In this document: positions 1-12,251 of the stretch, in pieces
Layout of the letters: each line of letters begins with the position of its first letter
How positions within the stretch are numbered: the first letter of the stretch is position 1
Assembly: GCA_964019335.1 (NCBI GenBank)
Contig: OZ025677.1
Span: forward strand, 556,252-620,251
DNA length: 64,000 nt
From: Diplonema japonicum
Taxonomy: Eukaryota > Protista > Euglenozoa: Diplonemea
Direction of reading: 5' to 3'
Made by a program: the position numbers and the translations under genes
The notes under the pieces: model-generated
Database searches by the model: none
What the model was told of the DNA's origin: nothing
The model's input: the letters and a program-made list of their open reading frames with translations, nothing else

Positions 1-959
1 TGCTATGCAAAAAGGAAATAACTCGCTTAAGGAGAGGTGTCGTACCCAGCCAAGGTCTTGTGCCCCTTAAAAAAAAAAAGAAAGAAAGAAAAGGGGGGAG
101 GAGGGGGGCTGAGCCCCCTAAACATTCTTTTTTGTACTCCTTACCAGAATAACTTTTTTTTGTTTTTGGCCTCCCCCTCCTTTTCTTTCTGTTTCCCGGA
201 GAAGAAAAAGAAATACAACTCTACTAAAGAGTAAAAAAAAAGAAAAACTTTGATAAATCTTCGGTGTGCAGGGTGGGCGCTCACCGAAAAGAATTGAAAA
301 CCCTCTTAAAAAGATAGTGGGAGGCGTTGCGAGAATAAAAAAAATAAAAAAAATAAAAAAAGGGTTTTAAAGGGGGCCCTCCGAATCATCCCGTTTTGCA
401 AAATGGAATATTGACATCGGGCCATGAAAGAAAGCAAATGCTGGATAAGTTGTCAACACATGAATCCCTTCAGCAACGCAGAAGCACCACAAAGCGTCTT
501 CGAATTGAGTAGTTCCGTGAAATTTTGAAGTCCCACAACAACCCCCCCTTGTTCAAAAGATGCAAAAAAAGAACTGCTCGTAAGTGCCCAAAACCGGGTG
601 GAAATCGACTTTTTGGTCGCTGGCGCCGTAATAAAAGAGCTCATTACGCTTAAAAAAAAAAGAGGATTTATTTGGGGAAAACACATTATTTGGGATGGAA
701 TTATTCGGGACCCCCCCTTTATTTTTGATTTGGCACCGGAGTGGCTGCAACTGGGTAGACAAAATATATGCCCCCACGCCACTGGTTTCCACCAATTCCA
801 TTACTCTGAAAGGGGAGAGAGGCTTGGGGAAGAGGAAAGGGGAATAAACAAAAAAAGATCTAAACAGTAATAGAAATATTTCTTTTTTTTTTCTTCTCTT
901 CCCTTTTTTCCCCTCCCGAGGGAAAAGACGAAGAAAAAGAAATCGAACATTGGTAGGTT

Positions 960-993
<34 letters not shown>

Positions 994-1606
994 ATAAGAT
1001 GTAGTCGATACATAGCATTTGAAAGGAAAGGGGGAATTAAAAAAATTCTTTTTTTAAAAATATGAAAAACAAAAAAAGGGGTTTCTTTTTTTTTTTCTCT
1101 ATTTTGCAGAAACAATGATTTGTGATATTAAACCCGTAAAAGAATGTATTTTTTGTGGTTTTTCTTTTTTTTTTTTTTTTTTTTTTTCAAAACAACACAG
1201 TTGGCCACAAGTGCCAAGGTTTGCCTTATTCTTGTCTCTTAGAGGGAGGTGTCGTGCGCACCTAGACCAGTCCAAAGGTCTTGCAGCCCCTATCCGAGAA
1301 GGCGGAAAAAGTCAATGTAGAAAAAAAAGGGGGGGAAAGAAACTGGGCATTTTAAAACTTTTTTGCAAACTTAACACCCCGGACCCGTTAAGTGACCCCA
1401 CAAGAAATCGCAAAATGACGGGCTAAAAAAAAATTCCCAATGGACCCAATGTGCGACACGTGGACTTTCTGGAAAAACTTTTTCGAGTGAACTTTTGGAC
1501 TTTTTTTTTTTTTGCTTTCCCCCTGTGTGGCCCCTGCGGGCCCACTGGAAGAAACCACTATGGATCACAGGCCGTAGGTCACATAACGGATATCCGAAGC
1601 GTAACG

Positions 1607-1637
<31 letters not shown>

Positions 1638-2030
1638 AAAGTGCCAAAAAAAAAAAAAAAAGCAAACGCAGAGAGGAAGGAGATCGAAAAGACCAAGGAC
1701 AAGTAGTGCGCAACACAGCAGAGAGGGGAGAGGGAGGGGGTGCCTACTGAAAACGCAAGTTCTTTGAAAGAACACATCTTTTCTTCTTTTTCTTCTTTTT
1801 CTTCTTTTCTTTCTTTTCAATTCATATCGCATTTTTTTTTATTCCTCCAGCGAGGGAGGAGGAGAGGAGAAAGAAAAAAAAAAACCCCCCCCCACCATCT
1901 GATTACCACGGAACTGACTGAAACGGCTTAAGTCGACCATTACCAAGAGAAAAAATAACGAAGAGAAAGAAAAGAAAAGAAAAACAAGTACAAGAATAAG
2001 GAGGAAAAAAAAAAAAAAACTCGATCTATT

Positions 2031-2676
2031 TTTGCGGTGCGCTGGTTGGTGCCCACCGTGGACGGGGGATCCTACACGTGCCTGTCACCATTCTGCGGTT
2101 GCATCCTGGTGCCGGCCGTCGGGGTTTGCCTGTCCGTCATGGACGGCATCTGCGCTAAGAACATCGGTCGCAGTCCCTCCAAATAGGGGGCTGTTTGGGT
2201 TGACGAGAACAAGGGTCTCTTGTCGTAGCCATGCATCGCTGGTGCGCCCAGGTTTCTCAGGGAGTGTACTCTGGTCATCCTTCTTGCCGGGAAGCCGCTT
2301 TTGTTGCCCGTATAAGGATATACCGGTCGTCACCGTCCTCTCCGCTGCTCTACTGTCACGCAACGCCACCACTCGCACCAGGTAGCTCTGCACCAGTCGC
2401 GCTTGTTTCTGCACTTCCGCTCCCGTTCCTCTCACCACTACACCGTGTAGCGCCGTTGCTTTCGGCAGCCCTTCTCTTTTGACCTCCGCGTACACACTTT
2501 CCTGCTGCGCTTGTCTCGCAGGGACACACTCCCACAGCGCGTGCTCTGTGATCTGCTCCGTCGTCTCCGCCTGGTGGTCGCAGACATCACATGTGAGCTT
2601 GTCTGCCACATCAAGCTTGCTCCATACTTTTGGGTGTACCGTGAAGATCGCTCCACAGATGACCCTCCTCGTTCTG
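2031..2676 (-). mobile_element. 5'-truncated non-LTR retrotransposon fragment (LINE family 2), ORF2 C-terminus with CCHC-type zinc motif
   Basis: Frame reads RTRRVICGAIFTVHPKVW...TCDVCDHQAETTEQITEHALWECVPA...LHGVV, which aligns with RRIISGAVFYINPRGW...HCDICGQEQQLPNMLEHALWECEKA...LHGIL in the full LINE. The 5' junction abuts an A-run on + at 2677. Confidence 0.8.
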
Positions 2677-2790
2677 AAAAAAAAAAAAAAAAGGAAGCTA
2701 GAAAGAAAGAAGGAAAGAAAATACGAACATGAACAACAAATGATTCATTTTTCTGAGATGAAAGAGGCCTTTTTGTAAGACAACCAATAA

Positions 2791-3855
2791 TCACCAAGCC
2801 ATGGAACGGGCCTCCTCTACAAGGTTTGAGACCCTGCAGTCGCCGTCTTGCGGTTCGGTTCTAGGGGTGGTGGGGGGGGTATAGTAGTTAACTGTAGAAT
2901 CACAGTCCGTCATTGGCGTAACAAGACCTTCGTGATCATTAGACAAATCTGAGACACATGTATTCACAGCAATAGGCTCCCTGTTCATGAGCCCTATGAG
3001 AGCCTCAGCACAGGTGAAGAGCATGACCTTGAAGGCGTAAAGAGCCTCGACTGCTGTGCTGGATGCCTGGACAGCATCTTGAGAGCACAGTTTGGAGAGG
3101 GAAGCGGCGGCCTCGCCTGTCATCCCTTTGATCTCCCCTTGGCTGCTGATCACCTTGTACTTGCTGAACTCCTCGCCCTTCCCGTACCTTTCCCCTACAA
3201 GGTTCACTACAACCTCAGCCTCCCTGTCACCATCCTTGATGCGCAGTGCACCTTGGAGCAAGACCCTTGTTTCCCTTCTTGTCAGTCTGAAGTTGTCAAT
3301 TGCAACGTAAATAGGGAAATCGACAAATTTTGTCTGTACAGCACCTCCGCCGCCTAGCGCGTGGAGCTCGTCTAGAACCTCGCCGAACACGGAGCTGCTC
3401 TCAACAGCTGCCTCAACAATTACGTCGCCTGCTCCGCATGACTTCAGCGCGTCTTGAAGAACCTGTGCTGTCTGGAGCACCGCTGCACCTTTGCCTTTGA
3501 CCTCTTCCCTCTGCTTTGCTTCTTCAACTTCTTTTTCCTTCTCCTCGAATATCTTTTCTTGCATTTCTCTAAAATGGGGGTGTGCCTCGATCGCGTCCCA
3601 AAACCAGTCCTTCTTCACCAGCCACGAGCAGACCTCCTCTTTTTGATTCTCATCCTCCTCAAGCCCCTGTAGCTGCGATACGATCTTGCTGCCTCTGCGG
3701 GCCTTCGCTGCGGGTTTCCCCTTCAGCTCCCTCACCAGCCCGTCGATGGAGCTGATCTGCTCGATGCCAAGGTTCTGCAGTTCCGTCAGGGCGTTCAGTG
3801 CAGCCTGCCTCTCATTCCTCCCCAGCCTTTGGACTAAAAAGCTTTTCGTGCGCAT
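2791..3855 (-). CDS. Hypothetical protein (354 aa), paralog of 24913-25962
   Basis: Long ATG-initiated ORF with coding-like composition; core near-identical to the second copy. Confidence 0.8.
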   Translation of the reverse strand: MRTKSFLVQRLGRNERQAALNALTELQNLGIEQISSIDGLVRELKGKPAAKARRGSKIVSQLQGLEEDENQKEEVCSWLVKKDWFWDAIEAHPHFREMQEKIFEEKEKEVEEAKQREEVKGKGAAVLQTAQVLQDALKSCGAGDVIVEAAVESSSVFGEVLDELHALGGGGAVQTKFVDFPIYVAIDNFRLTRRETRVLLQGALRIKDGDREAEVVVNLVGERYGKGEEFSKYKVISSQGEIKGMTGEAAASLSKLCSQDAVQASSTAVEALYAFKVMLFTCAEALIGLMNREPIAVNTCVSDLSNDHEGLVTPMTDCDSTVNYYTPPTTPRTEPQDGDCRVSNLVEEARSMAW

Positions 3856-4199
3856 TTATATTTCTTTGTTTTTTTTTTGTAATATCCTATTTGATACTTT
3901 ACGTGAACGGTCAGATAGCGGTAAGGGGAGGGGGGTGTCAAAATGAAAACGCACAATGCTGTTGTTACATCGAGTGCCACTCTGGTTAGCACTCATGTGG
4001 AAAGAAAGAAAAGGAGGAAGAAAGAATGAAAGAACAAAATTGGTGAGGAAAGAAAGAACCGAAGGAGTCATTGTTTGCTGCGTAAGAAAAAGAAAAAGGA
4101 AAAGGCGAAAAGATAACCGGTACCTTAAAAAAGAAAGGAAAGCACAATGAAAGAAGGAGAAAAGGAACTACGTTAAAGGATCAAAAGAATACCTACTAC

Positions 4200-6296
4200 C
4201 TACTGCCTTGCGCCGATGCTGATCTGCTGTTGGGTGGAGTAGGAGACAGGGGTACCGACGTGGAGGGCTGTTTGGTTGGCGTAGAGGGAAGGTGCCTGTG
4301 CTCCGCAGGAGTCGATGACGACAGAGAAGGTGTCTGGGTGGATGTCAACAGTGAGGAGGCAGCCCAGGTAGTAGAGCTTGGAGAGGGTGAGGCGGTCGGA
4401 GCCGCCGGAGGGGGGCGCGGGCTTGGTGATGGTGAGGGCGCCGTCCGTGAGGCGGACGCCTCCGAACCCTGCCCACACGGACTGCAAGAAGCCGCCGGCC
4501 GCGGTGAGGAAGTTCGGGCAGCCGCTGTTCTCCTCGTACTCCCCCCAGGTGTGGAAGGGCCCCGACGGGTTGTTCTGCCTCACCGTCGCGTCGAAGGCCT
4601 TCGCCGCCTGGTCGTCGTAGCCGATGCTGCGGTAGCCGATGGTGAAGATGGCCCAGGTCATCGCAACGGAGTTCCGCGTGTGGTTCCCGTAGAAGTTCAG
4701 GTCGTTGAAGTAGACGTTGTGCGGCATCGGGAACATCAGGGGGTACCCCATCAGCACCACGTCCGCCTGCTTCACCATCCCCTCCTTGTACCCCTCGTAC
4801 TCCGGGTGGTACTGCTTCGTCGTGTCGAACGGGATCACCAGCTTCGCCTCCACCTCGTCCCACCCCGCAGGGGTCGTCTTCCCCAAGATCGCAGCCGCGA
4901 GCTTCGTCCACACGAAGGTCTGCTTCGCCACCGCGTTCGTGTACGCCGAGTTGTTCACCCCGTTCGCGTCCTCGTCAGGGCACATCACGTTGTTGATGGA
5001 GTAGGTCCCGTCCCTGTTCTGCACCACCCGCGACGCCCAGAAGGTCGACACGTTGTACAGCACGGGGTACACCATGTCCGCCAGGAGCTGCTTGTCGTGC
5101 GTCGCCCGCCACATCTGCCACATCGCCTGCGCCACGTCCCCGCTGATGTGGATCTCCTGGTACTCGTAGATGCTGTTGTAGCACACCTCCTGCCCCGTCT
5201 CACCGGACTGCCACGGGAACTGGTACCCCTTCCACCCCTGCATCTCCGCGTTCTGGCGCGCCCCCTCCCTCACGTTGTACCTGTACTGCATCTGCGACCG
5301 CCCCAGGTCGTGGTGGAACAGCAGCGCGTTCGGGTAGATCCACGTGTCGCTGTCCCAGAACACGTTCCCCCAGTAGCCGTTCGTGGAGAGGCCCCCGGGA
5401 GACGTGTCCCACGGCACCTCCTTGTGCAGCGCCGACAGCACCCCGTAGAAGGAGGCGTTGATGGACTGCGCGAGGTCGTGGTCCCCCTCCACGAACATCC
5501 CCGCCGCCGTCAGCTCCGTCCACTCCGCCGTGTGCGTCGCGTACAGGTTCGCATCCCGCGCCGCCCCCTTGTACATCGAGATCGCCTCCTCCTCCATCCC
5601 GTTGCTTGTGCTGCTGTTCGCGTCCAGCGAGGTCACCCTCACAGAAAGGAAACGCCTCACCCCTCCCCCGAGCTCCACAGGCTGGTCCACAGCCGTCCGC
5701 ACCACCACGAACGAGATCAGCGGCGACCCAGGGTACTCCCTCCGGTCGATCGTTCCCGTGTACACCTCCATCTCGGAGGTCGACGACCCTGCTTTCGTGT
5801 ACTCCATGTAGCAGTTCCCAGGGTCCTCGTCCGTCGCGTGCGTGCAGTCCACTGAAGGGCGCCTCCCCGCCCCGTCCTGGTAGCGGTCCGACCCGGTCCC
5901 CCCGATGAACTCCGTCACCAGCAGGTTCTTCTGCACGCGGTGCGCGTACCACCTCTGCAGCACCCCGTTGGAGTAGATGCGCTCCGCTGTCCCGAACTGC
6001 ATGTCGAGTGCGTACCCCGCAGGGCTCGCTCCCTCCAGCGCTATGTTCGTCGATGCGGGGAAGGTGGCCCGCGAGGACTGCGTCTTCGCCTCCCAGTTGT
6101 ACACCCCTGCAACGTACTCAGCGGGGTTCGTCACCAGCGTGCTCACGTACCCGTTCCCCACAGTCGGCAGCGCCTTCCAGTTGCTCGTGAAGGACGTGTC
6201 CATCGTGTACATCAGGCTCGCCGTCTTCTCCTTCGCTACCCACTCCGCAGGCGGGCTTACGGCAAGCACCGCCCCTACTAGCAATACGGGGTGCAT
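4200..6296 (-). CDS. Secreted glycoside hydrolase family 65 (acid trehalase-like / PGGHG-like)
   Basis: Signal peptide; GH65 motifs GYWGNVFWDSDTWIYP, YQFPWQS, EIHISGDVA, CPDE (catalytic acid), KQADVVL, NFLTAAGGFLQ. Confidence 0.9.
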   Translation of the reverse strand: MHPVLLVGAVLAVSPPAEWVAKEKTASLMYTMDTSFTSNWKALPTVGNGYVSTLVTNPAEYVAGVYNWEAKTQSSRATFPASTNIALEGASPAGYALDMQFGTAERIYSNGVLQRWYAHRVQKNLLVTEFIGGTGSDRYQDGAGRRPSVDCTHATDEDPGNCYMEYTKAGSSTSEMEVYTGTIDRREYPGSPLISFVVVRTAVDQPVELGGGVRRFLSVRVTSLDANSSTSNGMEEEAISMYKGAARDANLYATHTAEWTELTAAGMFVEGDHDLAQSINASFYGVLSALHKEVPWDTSPGGLSTNGYWGNVFWDSDTWIYPNALLFHHDLGRSQMQYRYNVREGARQNAEMQGWKGYQFPWQSGETGQEVCYNSIYEYQEIHISGDVAQAMWQMWRATHDKQLLADMVYPVLYNVSTFWASRVVQNRDGTYSINNVMCPDEDANGVNNSAYTNAVAKQTFVWTKLAAAILGKTTPAGWDEVEAKLVIPFDTTKQYHPEYEGYKEGMVKQADVVLMGYPLMFPMPHNVYFNDLNFYGNHTRNSVAMTWAIFTIGYRSIGYDDQAAKAFDATVRQNNPSGPFHTWGEYEENSGCPNFLTAAGGFLQSVWAGFGGVRLTDGALTITKPAPPSGGSDRLTLSKLYYLGCLLTVDIHPDTFSVVIDSCGAQAPSLYANQTALHVGTPVSYSTQQQISIGARQ

Positions 6297-6586
6297 TTCT
6301 TTTCTTAACCTTTTTGGAAGTATATAGGGTACCGAAAAATGTTAGTTCTAATTACTGCATGCACTGGTGGTGGTTAGTGTTTAAGACTTTTTATCGAAAG
6401 CTAGAGCGATGCTGGTCACGGGAAGACAGGGCGGGAAAGCGTGTTGATACACCGGAAGTGCAAAGCTGGAGACCGAAAAGAACTGGTTTAAAAAAACGAT
6501 GAATAACATACACAGATGATGTGAAGAAGAAGAAAAAAACGGGGCTTTGGTTGCAAACACTCGCTAGCGTTAAGTGTGCAACGTAG

Positions 6587-6790
6587 CAAGAACTGTCTAC
6601 TTGATTACAGTAGCTTCTTCTGTAACCTGCGTTGTGTCCTTAATGCGTGTGGTGTGCAGCTCAGCCTAGCCGGGGCGACCCGGGTAACCAAGATTCCGCG
6701 TTCGTGCAGTTTGCTGCTTCGTCACCCTGAGCATCTGCGTTACATTCTTCCACTCGGGCGCTACAGGAGGTCAACAGCGAACACATCTGA
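6587..6790 (-). repeat. Partial copy of SINE-like family B
   Basis: Matches 41310-41560 with internal deletions (caagaactgtctacttgattacag ... ggaggtcaacagcgaa). Confidence 0.8.
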
Positions 6791-7075
6791 CGACACAAAA
6801 ATTAAAAAAAAAAAAAATAAAAAAGCAAGATAGGAGATAAGCCGGGACGCGAAGGCCTGAACAGAACTAATCTATGGGAATGGGTATGGGTGGGCAGACT
6901 TACTTTTCACTGTTTTCTTTTTCTATTTTTTTTGTTTCGTATTTCCTTTTCATTTATCCCTTAGAGGTCCGATTCTGTATCTGTTAAGCGAGTTTCGCTA
7001 AAGAAATGACATATATGATGGGAGAAAGAAAAGCACTAAGGGTCCACTGTAGACCACCTAAGACAGCCGGGTTAG

Positions 7076-9118
7076 TCAGAAGGCCATATTGTATGTATCG
7101 GCACGCCGTGTTGCAGTAGCAGCCACAGGGCGGCCTCTTCCTATGGAGCGGCCTGAGAGGCTGTTCATAGGTGCCCAGCCTGCTGTGTAAGACTTCTGCT
7201 GCATGCGTGACGGTGGGCCTTCATCGTCCTGCACCATAGGGCGCATGGTATTCGGTTGTTTCACCGGTGCAGGCTCAGGTTCGGGATCGTGTAGCGGCTC
7301 ACGCAGAGATTTCTGCATCTCATCAATCTCTGCCTGCGCCCGTGATGTCACTACACCCGTCCCAACGTCCTCATGGGGCACACTCTCCATTTCCACATCC
7401 TTCCCGTTGTTATTCTGTCTCCTCAACAGAATGACTCCAACTACACAGCAGCTTGCCGCCGTCAAGATACCCGCCAGTGCCAACACGTACCACGGATAGG
7501 AATCGCTGCTGCTTGGCGAAGGCGTCGGTACGGTAGTGGGTGAAGGGGTGGGGACGTCCTGCCAAGACTGCGCCGCTTGTATAACAAACGGGCACCCCAC
7601 TACTAAAGTGTCAGCCATGACGGAGCTGCAGTAGGCGATGGCAGCCAGCTCAGACCCCAAGGCAGGTTGGCAGGTGACGTTTGCGGCAGTTCCCTCGAAC
7701 TCGGCACATGTCATGTTAGAGTTGATGATGGCATCGATCCTGTCGCCGCCGGCCTGCCAGTACGCAACATCCAAGGGAGACATGTCCAGTGTCTGGGCAA
7801 CGTTCACACGTAGTTCCCAGTCTGCCAGGAGCTCTGCCTTTGCACGTTCATATGACACCTTGAAAGGTGTTTGTGGCGTTGCCACCTTGCCCGCCACCAA
7901 CTCTTGGCACCCTGGCTTAATGCCCATTGACTGGAATACCCCCCCATTGTTCTTTAAATCGGCAGCCAGCGCACCTGACACAGTCGCCACGATAGTGCTA
8001 CAGAGGTAACCTGCTTCCGCTTGCAACTTGAAGTACGCCACAGACCCGCACCCTGACCCTGTGTCGGGGGCAACGGCCATATCTATTATGTTGCTAACAG
8101 GCACATTGGCCACCTGCGCGATCGCCGTAGTAATAGTTTTGGACAGCACATACTCTGGTGTCCGTGCCACGCGCATGGAAAACTGAGCAAGGACGGGGCT
8201 CAGCCTTGCAGTTACGGTCATGCGCAGTAGATTGTACTGTCGGGCCTCAAGCGCCGTCCTCAGACCAGTGCTGACATTCGCGGCGAACGTCTGTGGCGTG
8301 ATGTCCCCGACGCTGCTGCGCAGCACCAAAGTGAAGACCTGCAGTCCGAGCGACCTGGTCCCGCTGATGCTCACGACACGCTCTTCTGTGATGTCCTGCA
8401 CGTCAGCCTTGACAGTGTTGGAGCTGATCCTGGAGTTGCTCACTTCCATCATAATCACCGCGCGTACAGCGGGACCTCTCTGCACCACCACAAGGGAGCT
8501 CATGGGGTAACCAGCAGCTGCAAGGACTCCATCGGGAGACGCCATGTCCGCTTGCAGGCTCTTCGTGACACTGGCCTTGCACTCAGGGCTGCTCTGGTCT
8601 GTTCTCGTAACAACAAAGCTGCAGAGCGTGCTTGTGGCCGTGGGGGTAAGGGATAAAGGGCTAATAGTGGGGGTACTGCCGAGCACCTGGGTAAAGAGAG
8701 CGTGAAGGTGGTAGCCGGCAGAGCCAGCATTTTGGTTGCCAAATGTGACGCGCACGAGGCTCCTGCCGAATGGCTCTTCGCAAAGGTTGTCAGCAGTGAG
8801 GTCGTCAGGCAGGCAGGCGGAAGGGAAGCTCGTGTCGTAGACAGCCTTCGTGTAGGCAGTGTCGCGTAGCATGACCACAACGGCCTCTGAGGGGGACGTG
8901 CAGTCGCCAACACCAAGGGATGCTGATACATCTTTTTTATACGCGTCTGTGCCCCACGAAGGCCCCCCCGCAACTACCTTTACAGCACCACTAGCAGGTG
9001 CCACGGCAGCATCCCACCACCACGTCTCTGTTTGCGTCAAGGTCGGGGTGAGCGAAGCAGTTCGCGTTGCTGTTGGGGACTGGCACGACACAACGTGCAC
9101 CATGGCAAGCAGCCACAT
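7076..9118 (-). CDS. Type I membrane / cell-surface protein of unknown function
   Basis: ATG at 9118 gives a signal-peptide-like start (MWLLAMVHVVSC); Cys-containing ectodomain, PTPSP stalk, TM helix WYVLALAGILTAASCCVVGVILL and a cytoplasmic tail. Confidence 0.8.
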   Translation of the reverse strand: MWLLAMVHVVSCQSPTATRTASLTPTLTQTETWWWDAAVAPASGAVKVVAGGPSWGTDAYKKDVSASLGVGDCTSPSEAVVVMLRDTAYTKAVYDTSFPSACLPDDLTADNLCEEPFGRSLVRVTFGNQNAGSAGYHLHALFTQVLGSTPTISPLSLTPTATSTLCSFVVTRTDQSSPECKASVTKSLQADMASPDGVLAAAGYPMSSLVVVQRGPAVRAVIMMEVSNSRISSNTVKADVQDITEERVVSISGTRSLGLQVFTLVLRSSVGDITPQTFAANVSTGLRTALEARQYNLLRMTVTARLSPVLAQFSMRVARTPEYVLSKTITTAIAQVANVPVSNIIDMAVAPDTGSGCGSVAYFKLQAEAGYLCSTIVATVSGALAADLKNNGGVFQSMGIKPGCQELVAGKVATPQTPFKVSYERAKAELLADWELRVNVAQTLDMSPLDVAYWQAGGDRIDAIINSNMTCAEFEGTAANVTCQPALGSELAAIAYCSSVMADTLVVGCPFVIQAAQSWQDVPTPSPTTVPTPSPSSSDSYPWYVLALAGILTAASCCVVGVILLRRQNNNGKDVEMESVPHEDVGTGVVTSRAQAEIDEMQKSLREPLHDPEPEPAPVKQPNTMRPMVQDDEGPPSRMQQKSYTAGWAPMNSLSGRSIGRGRPVAATATRRADTYNMAF

Positions 9119-9210
9119 GTCGCCACCCCCCACACCACCTTTTTCTTGTTTTTTTTTTTTTGTTCCCCTTCAAAAAAATTTTTTCTTTTATTATTATTAT
9201 CGAAACAACA

Positions 9211-10026
9211 TCACAACATGTCCATGCGGACCCTGTCGTAGAAGCCCTCCGTGGCTGGGGACAGGGTGACTCCCGCGGTGGACTCATTCTGCATGCGTAG
9301 GCATTCTTGGAGAATGAGGTCGTTACACACGGGGGGCTCTGCACCGTCTGAGAACTCATGAACGGAACAAGAAGCGGGGCCGAGCGGCACCACAACGACG
9401 GACGAGCGAGAGCTCAAGACGACTATGTTTGGGTAGCAGACCGAGGCGTCGACCCTCTTGAGCAACACGTGAACAACCAGCTTCCAGTTACAATGGGCGA
9501 AGTGAGATGAAATCGAAGCCGATACATCAGGGAGAACAGGGAGGGCAGGGGTCGTCGTTTCGGCACTTGGTTCACAAATGAGGAGGAGCCCGTTGTCGCT
9601 GGATGAGGACGCGAGTCCAAGGGAGCGGAGGGGGTGCTTGCCCTTATTTTTATAAGGTGCCCCTGAAGTTAGGTCGAATTGCCAGCCGTGGAATGGGCAT
9701 TTTATCCAACCTTCCCCGCAGAGAGTCACTCCCTTTGCGTTAGGTGGTGCCGTTTCGGGGGCTACTTTCAGTCCTTGGTGTGGGCAGCTGTTCTCGTAAG
9801 CCACTGTGTCCCCCGCTCTGCTCTTCCCTATGATGAAATCTGCCCCGAAAAGGGAGCCTTTCAGTACCCCTTTGTGGGGCACATCTGTGGGCCTGAACCT
9901 TGTGGGGACCCAGTTTTTTCGGATAATCCCCCGTTCGTTTGTAAAATGGTGTTTGCTGCGAAACCACTCTTTTGGTATTTTTTTCATTTTCCCTCCCTTA
10001 GCTCTGGTAGTATACGTAAAACACAT
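9211..10026 (-). CDS. Rieske [2Fe-2S] domain protein (oxygenase-like, short C-terminal domain)
   Basis: Rieske ligand boxes CPHQG and CPFHGWQFD. Confidence 0.85.
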   Translation of the reverse strand: MCFTYTTRAKGGKMKKIPKEWFRSKHHFTNERGIIRKNWVPTRFRPTDVPHKGVLKGSLFGADFIIGKSRAGDTVAYENSCPHQGLKVAPETAPPNAKGVTLCGEGWIKCPFHGWQFDLTSGAPYKNKGKHPLRSLGLASSSSDNGLLLICEPSAETTTPALPVLPDVSASISSHFAHCNWKLVVHVLLKRVDASVCYPNIVVLSSRSSVVVVPLGPASCSVHEFSDGAEPPVCNDLILQECLRMQNESTAGVTLSPATEGFYDRVRMDML

Positions 10027-11856
10027 GGGAATAAAAAAAAAAAAAGATAAGAAAAAAACGGAAAAAAAAAAATAAATAAAGATGAAAATACGAAAAAAGA
10101 AATGTGGTTGGGGGGGGAGGAAGGAGAGGGGGAATGGGGGAAGGGATGAAACCGGGTAGTGATGAAAGAGAAAAAAAGAAAAAAATAGAGGGAGGGGGAA
10201 AATAAAATCGAATATGCTAATGTAGTGTTTTTTCTGTTTTTTTTTTTTTGTTTTTTCTTCCGTTGTTGTTCACCCCCGGGTGGGAGCGGAACAACTCTGA
10301 CATTCTTGCCTACATTACATAAAGGGCATTTAAAAAATAAAATAAAAATAAAGAAATAGGTGGGTTTGAAGAGAAAAATAAGACCAGATATGCATAATAA
10401 CCCCGGACCTTGATCCTTTTCTTTTTCTTTTTTCTTCTGTTTTCTAACATCCTTGAGCCAAAAGCGGGGATAGGGGGGAGACTCTAGTTTTCTTGTTTTG
10501 TTTTTTTGTTTTTGTTTGCCAGGCCTTTTTTTTATCCCACCAAAGAAAGGAGATAGGGGGTAAGAGAAAAGAAAAAGAAAAAAAAAAAAAGGAGTAAAGG
10601 GAGGTGAAACGGCCGGCTTGAGAGCGTAAAAAAAGAAAAGATTTTTTTTTCCCCCACAGTTTTTTTTTAATTTCTTTCCAAAGCAAATACGATGAAGTAC
10701 ATAGGGCTCCACGTCGTTCACTCTATAAAGTATAGATAGCCCAGCGCCTACCAAATCCATTGCATGCTTTGAAAAAAAAATAAACTGTGAAATAAAAACG
10801 GCATTATTCCAAAAGTAGGGGTTGACAATTTGCCTTGGCCCCAACCAATATTCCACAATCTGTCAGAAGGAAGATAACCCCCCCCCCCCCCCTACTTTAT
10901 TGCCCCGTAATGAATATTTTTCTTCTCATATACTCTACTGGCAACCTGAAAAAAAAGGAGGGGTGGGGGTGGGGGGGATATAAAAATTAACTGTGAAAGG
11001 ATGACCTTGAAAAAGCCAATGGATAAAAAACCAAATGGGGGGGGGGGGGGGGGTTTGTACTGCTGAGGTGCTTTCATATTTCTTTTTTCTTTTTTTTTTT
11101 AACTCATCTCACTTTATATCGTTCACATTCCAGTGACAGGGCGGCCCTTGGCGGGGGAATGAAGCGAAACTGAGGATAGTAAAATAAAAACCACCATATG
11201 TTCTACCTAGGAATGAGTATTTGTTCACTTTTCTTGAAACAAAAAAAAAAATCACTAGAGACCTTCGGCCTCTCGTGAACATTTTCTTTTATTTCAGAAA
11301 GTGACATAAATTTTTCATCATTTTCGCTGTGGAATGAAAAGCTACTCGTGTGCTTCTTTTCTTCTTTTTCTCTTCATGTTTGGAAAAAAAAAATAAAAGT
11401 CTCTCAGCAATATATTTGAGGAAGAAGATAGAAAAAAAAAACGGGGTGGGGGGAAAGAAAACAACACACACACACACACAGGCAAACACGAAATTTTAAT
11501 TTTAAGAAATCGCTCCAGTAAGAAAAAAAGCTTCTGTCATTGCACATTCCAACATTCTTGTGTCTTTTTTTTTTTTTTTTTTTTTTTTTTGCGCCCAAAA
11601 AAAAAAGGGGGTTTTTCATATTTTCTTAACTGCTTCTTAAAGGTTCCTTGTTGGAGAATTCTGCGTGTAGTTTTATGATAAAAAAAGGGCCTGGGTGTTT
11701 TCTTTTTAAAAAAAGAAAGCCCAAACACCAATTCTGACAATTGCTTCCTCTCTCACTGATAAAATAAATACAAATGATAAAAAGAAATATAAAAAATAAA
11801 ATAAAAAGAACAAGCAATTCTTTTTTCGTGATTAACCACGAGGGAATGCTAAAACT

Positions 11857-11891
<35 letters not shown>

Positions 11892-11896
11892 TTCCT

Positions 11897-11931
<35 letters not shown>

Positions 11932-12251
11932 CTAGAAAAGTCTGGTGGGCAGAGTTAAAATGAATTTAAAAAAAAAAAGAGACGGAAAAAAAAAAAAGTG
12001 CCAGACTGAAAAACAAATGGTTGAGGCCACTGGGAGGGAGCTTTTGGGGGCATCGTCCCGTTTATCGCAGTCCGACATTTTCTTTTTTTATTTTCCCCAC
12101 CTTTTTTTTTTTTTTTTTTTTTCCCATGGTAACAGTAGTTTGTTGTTGGTTTCTTCGCACATTTTTTTTCTTTTTTTGTGTGTTGCTTTGCTTTTCTTTT
12201 TCTTTTTTTTTTTTTTTGCTTTGCGTTTTGAAAGGGTGCATTTCGTTATAT

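Noticed and set aside
4230-5855. 541-aa plus-strand ORF
   Set aside because: Antisense shadow of the GC3-rich GH65 gene.
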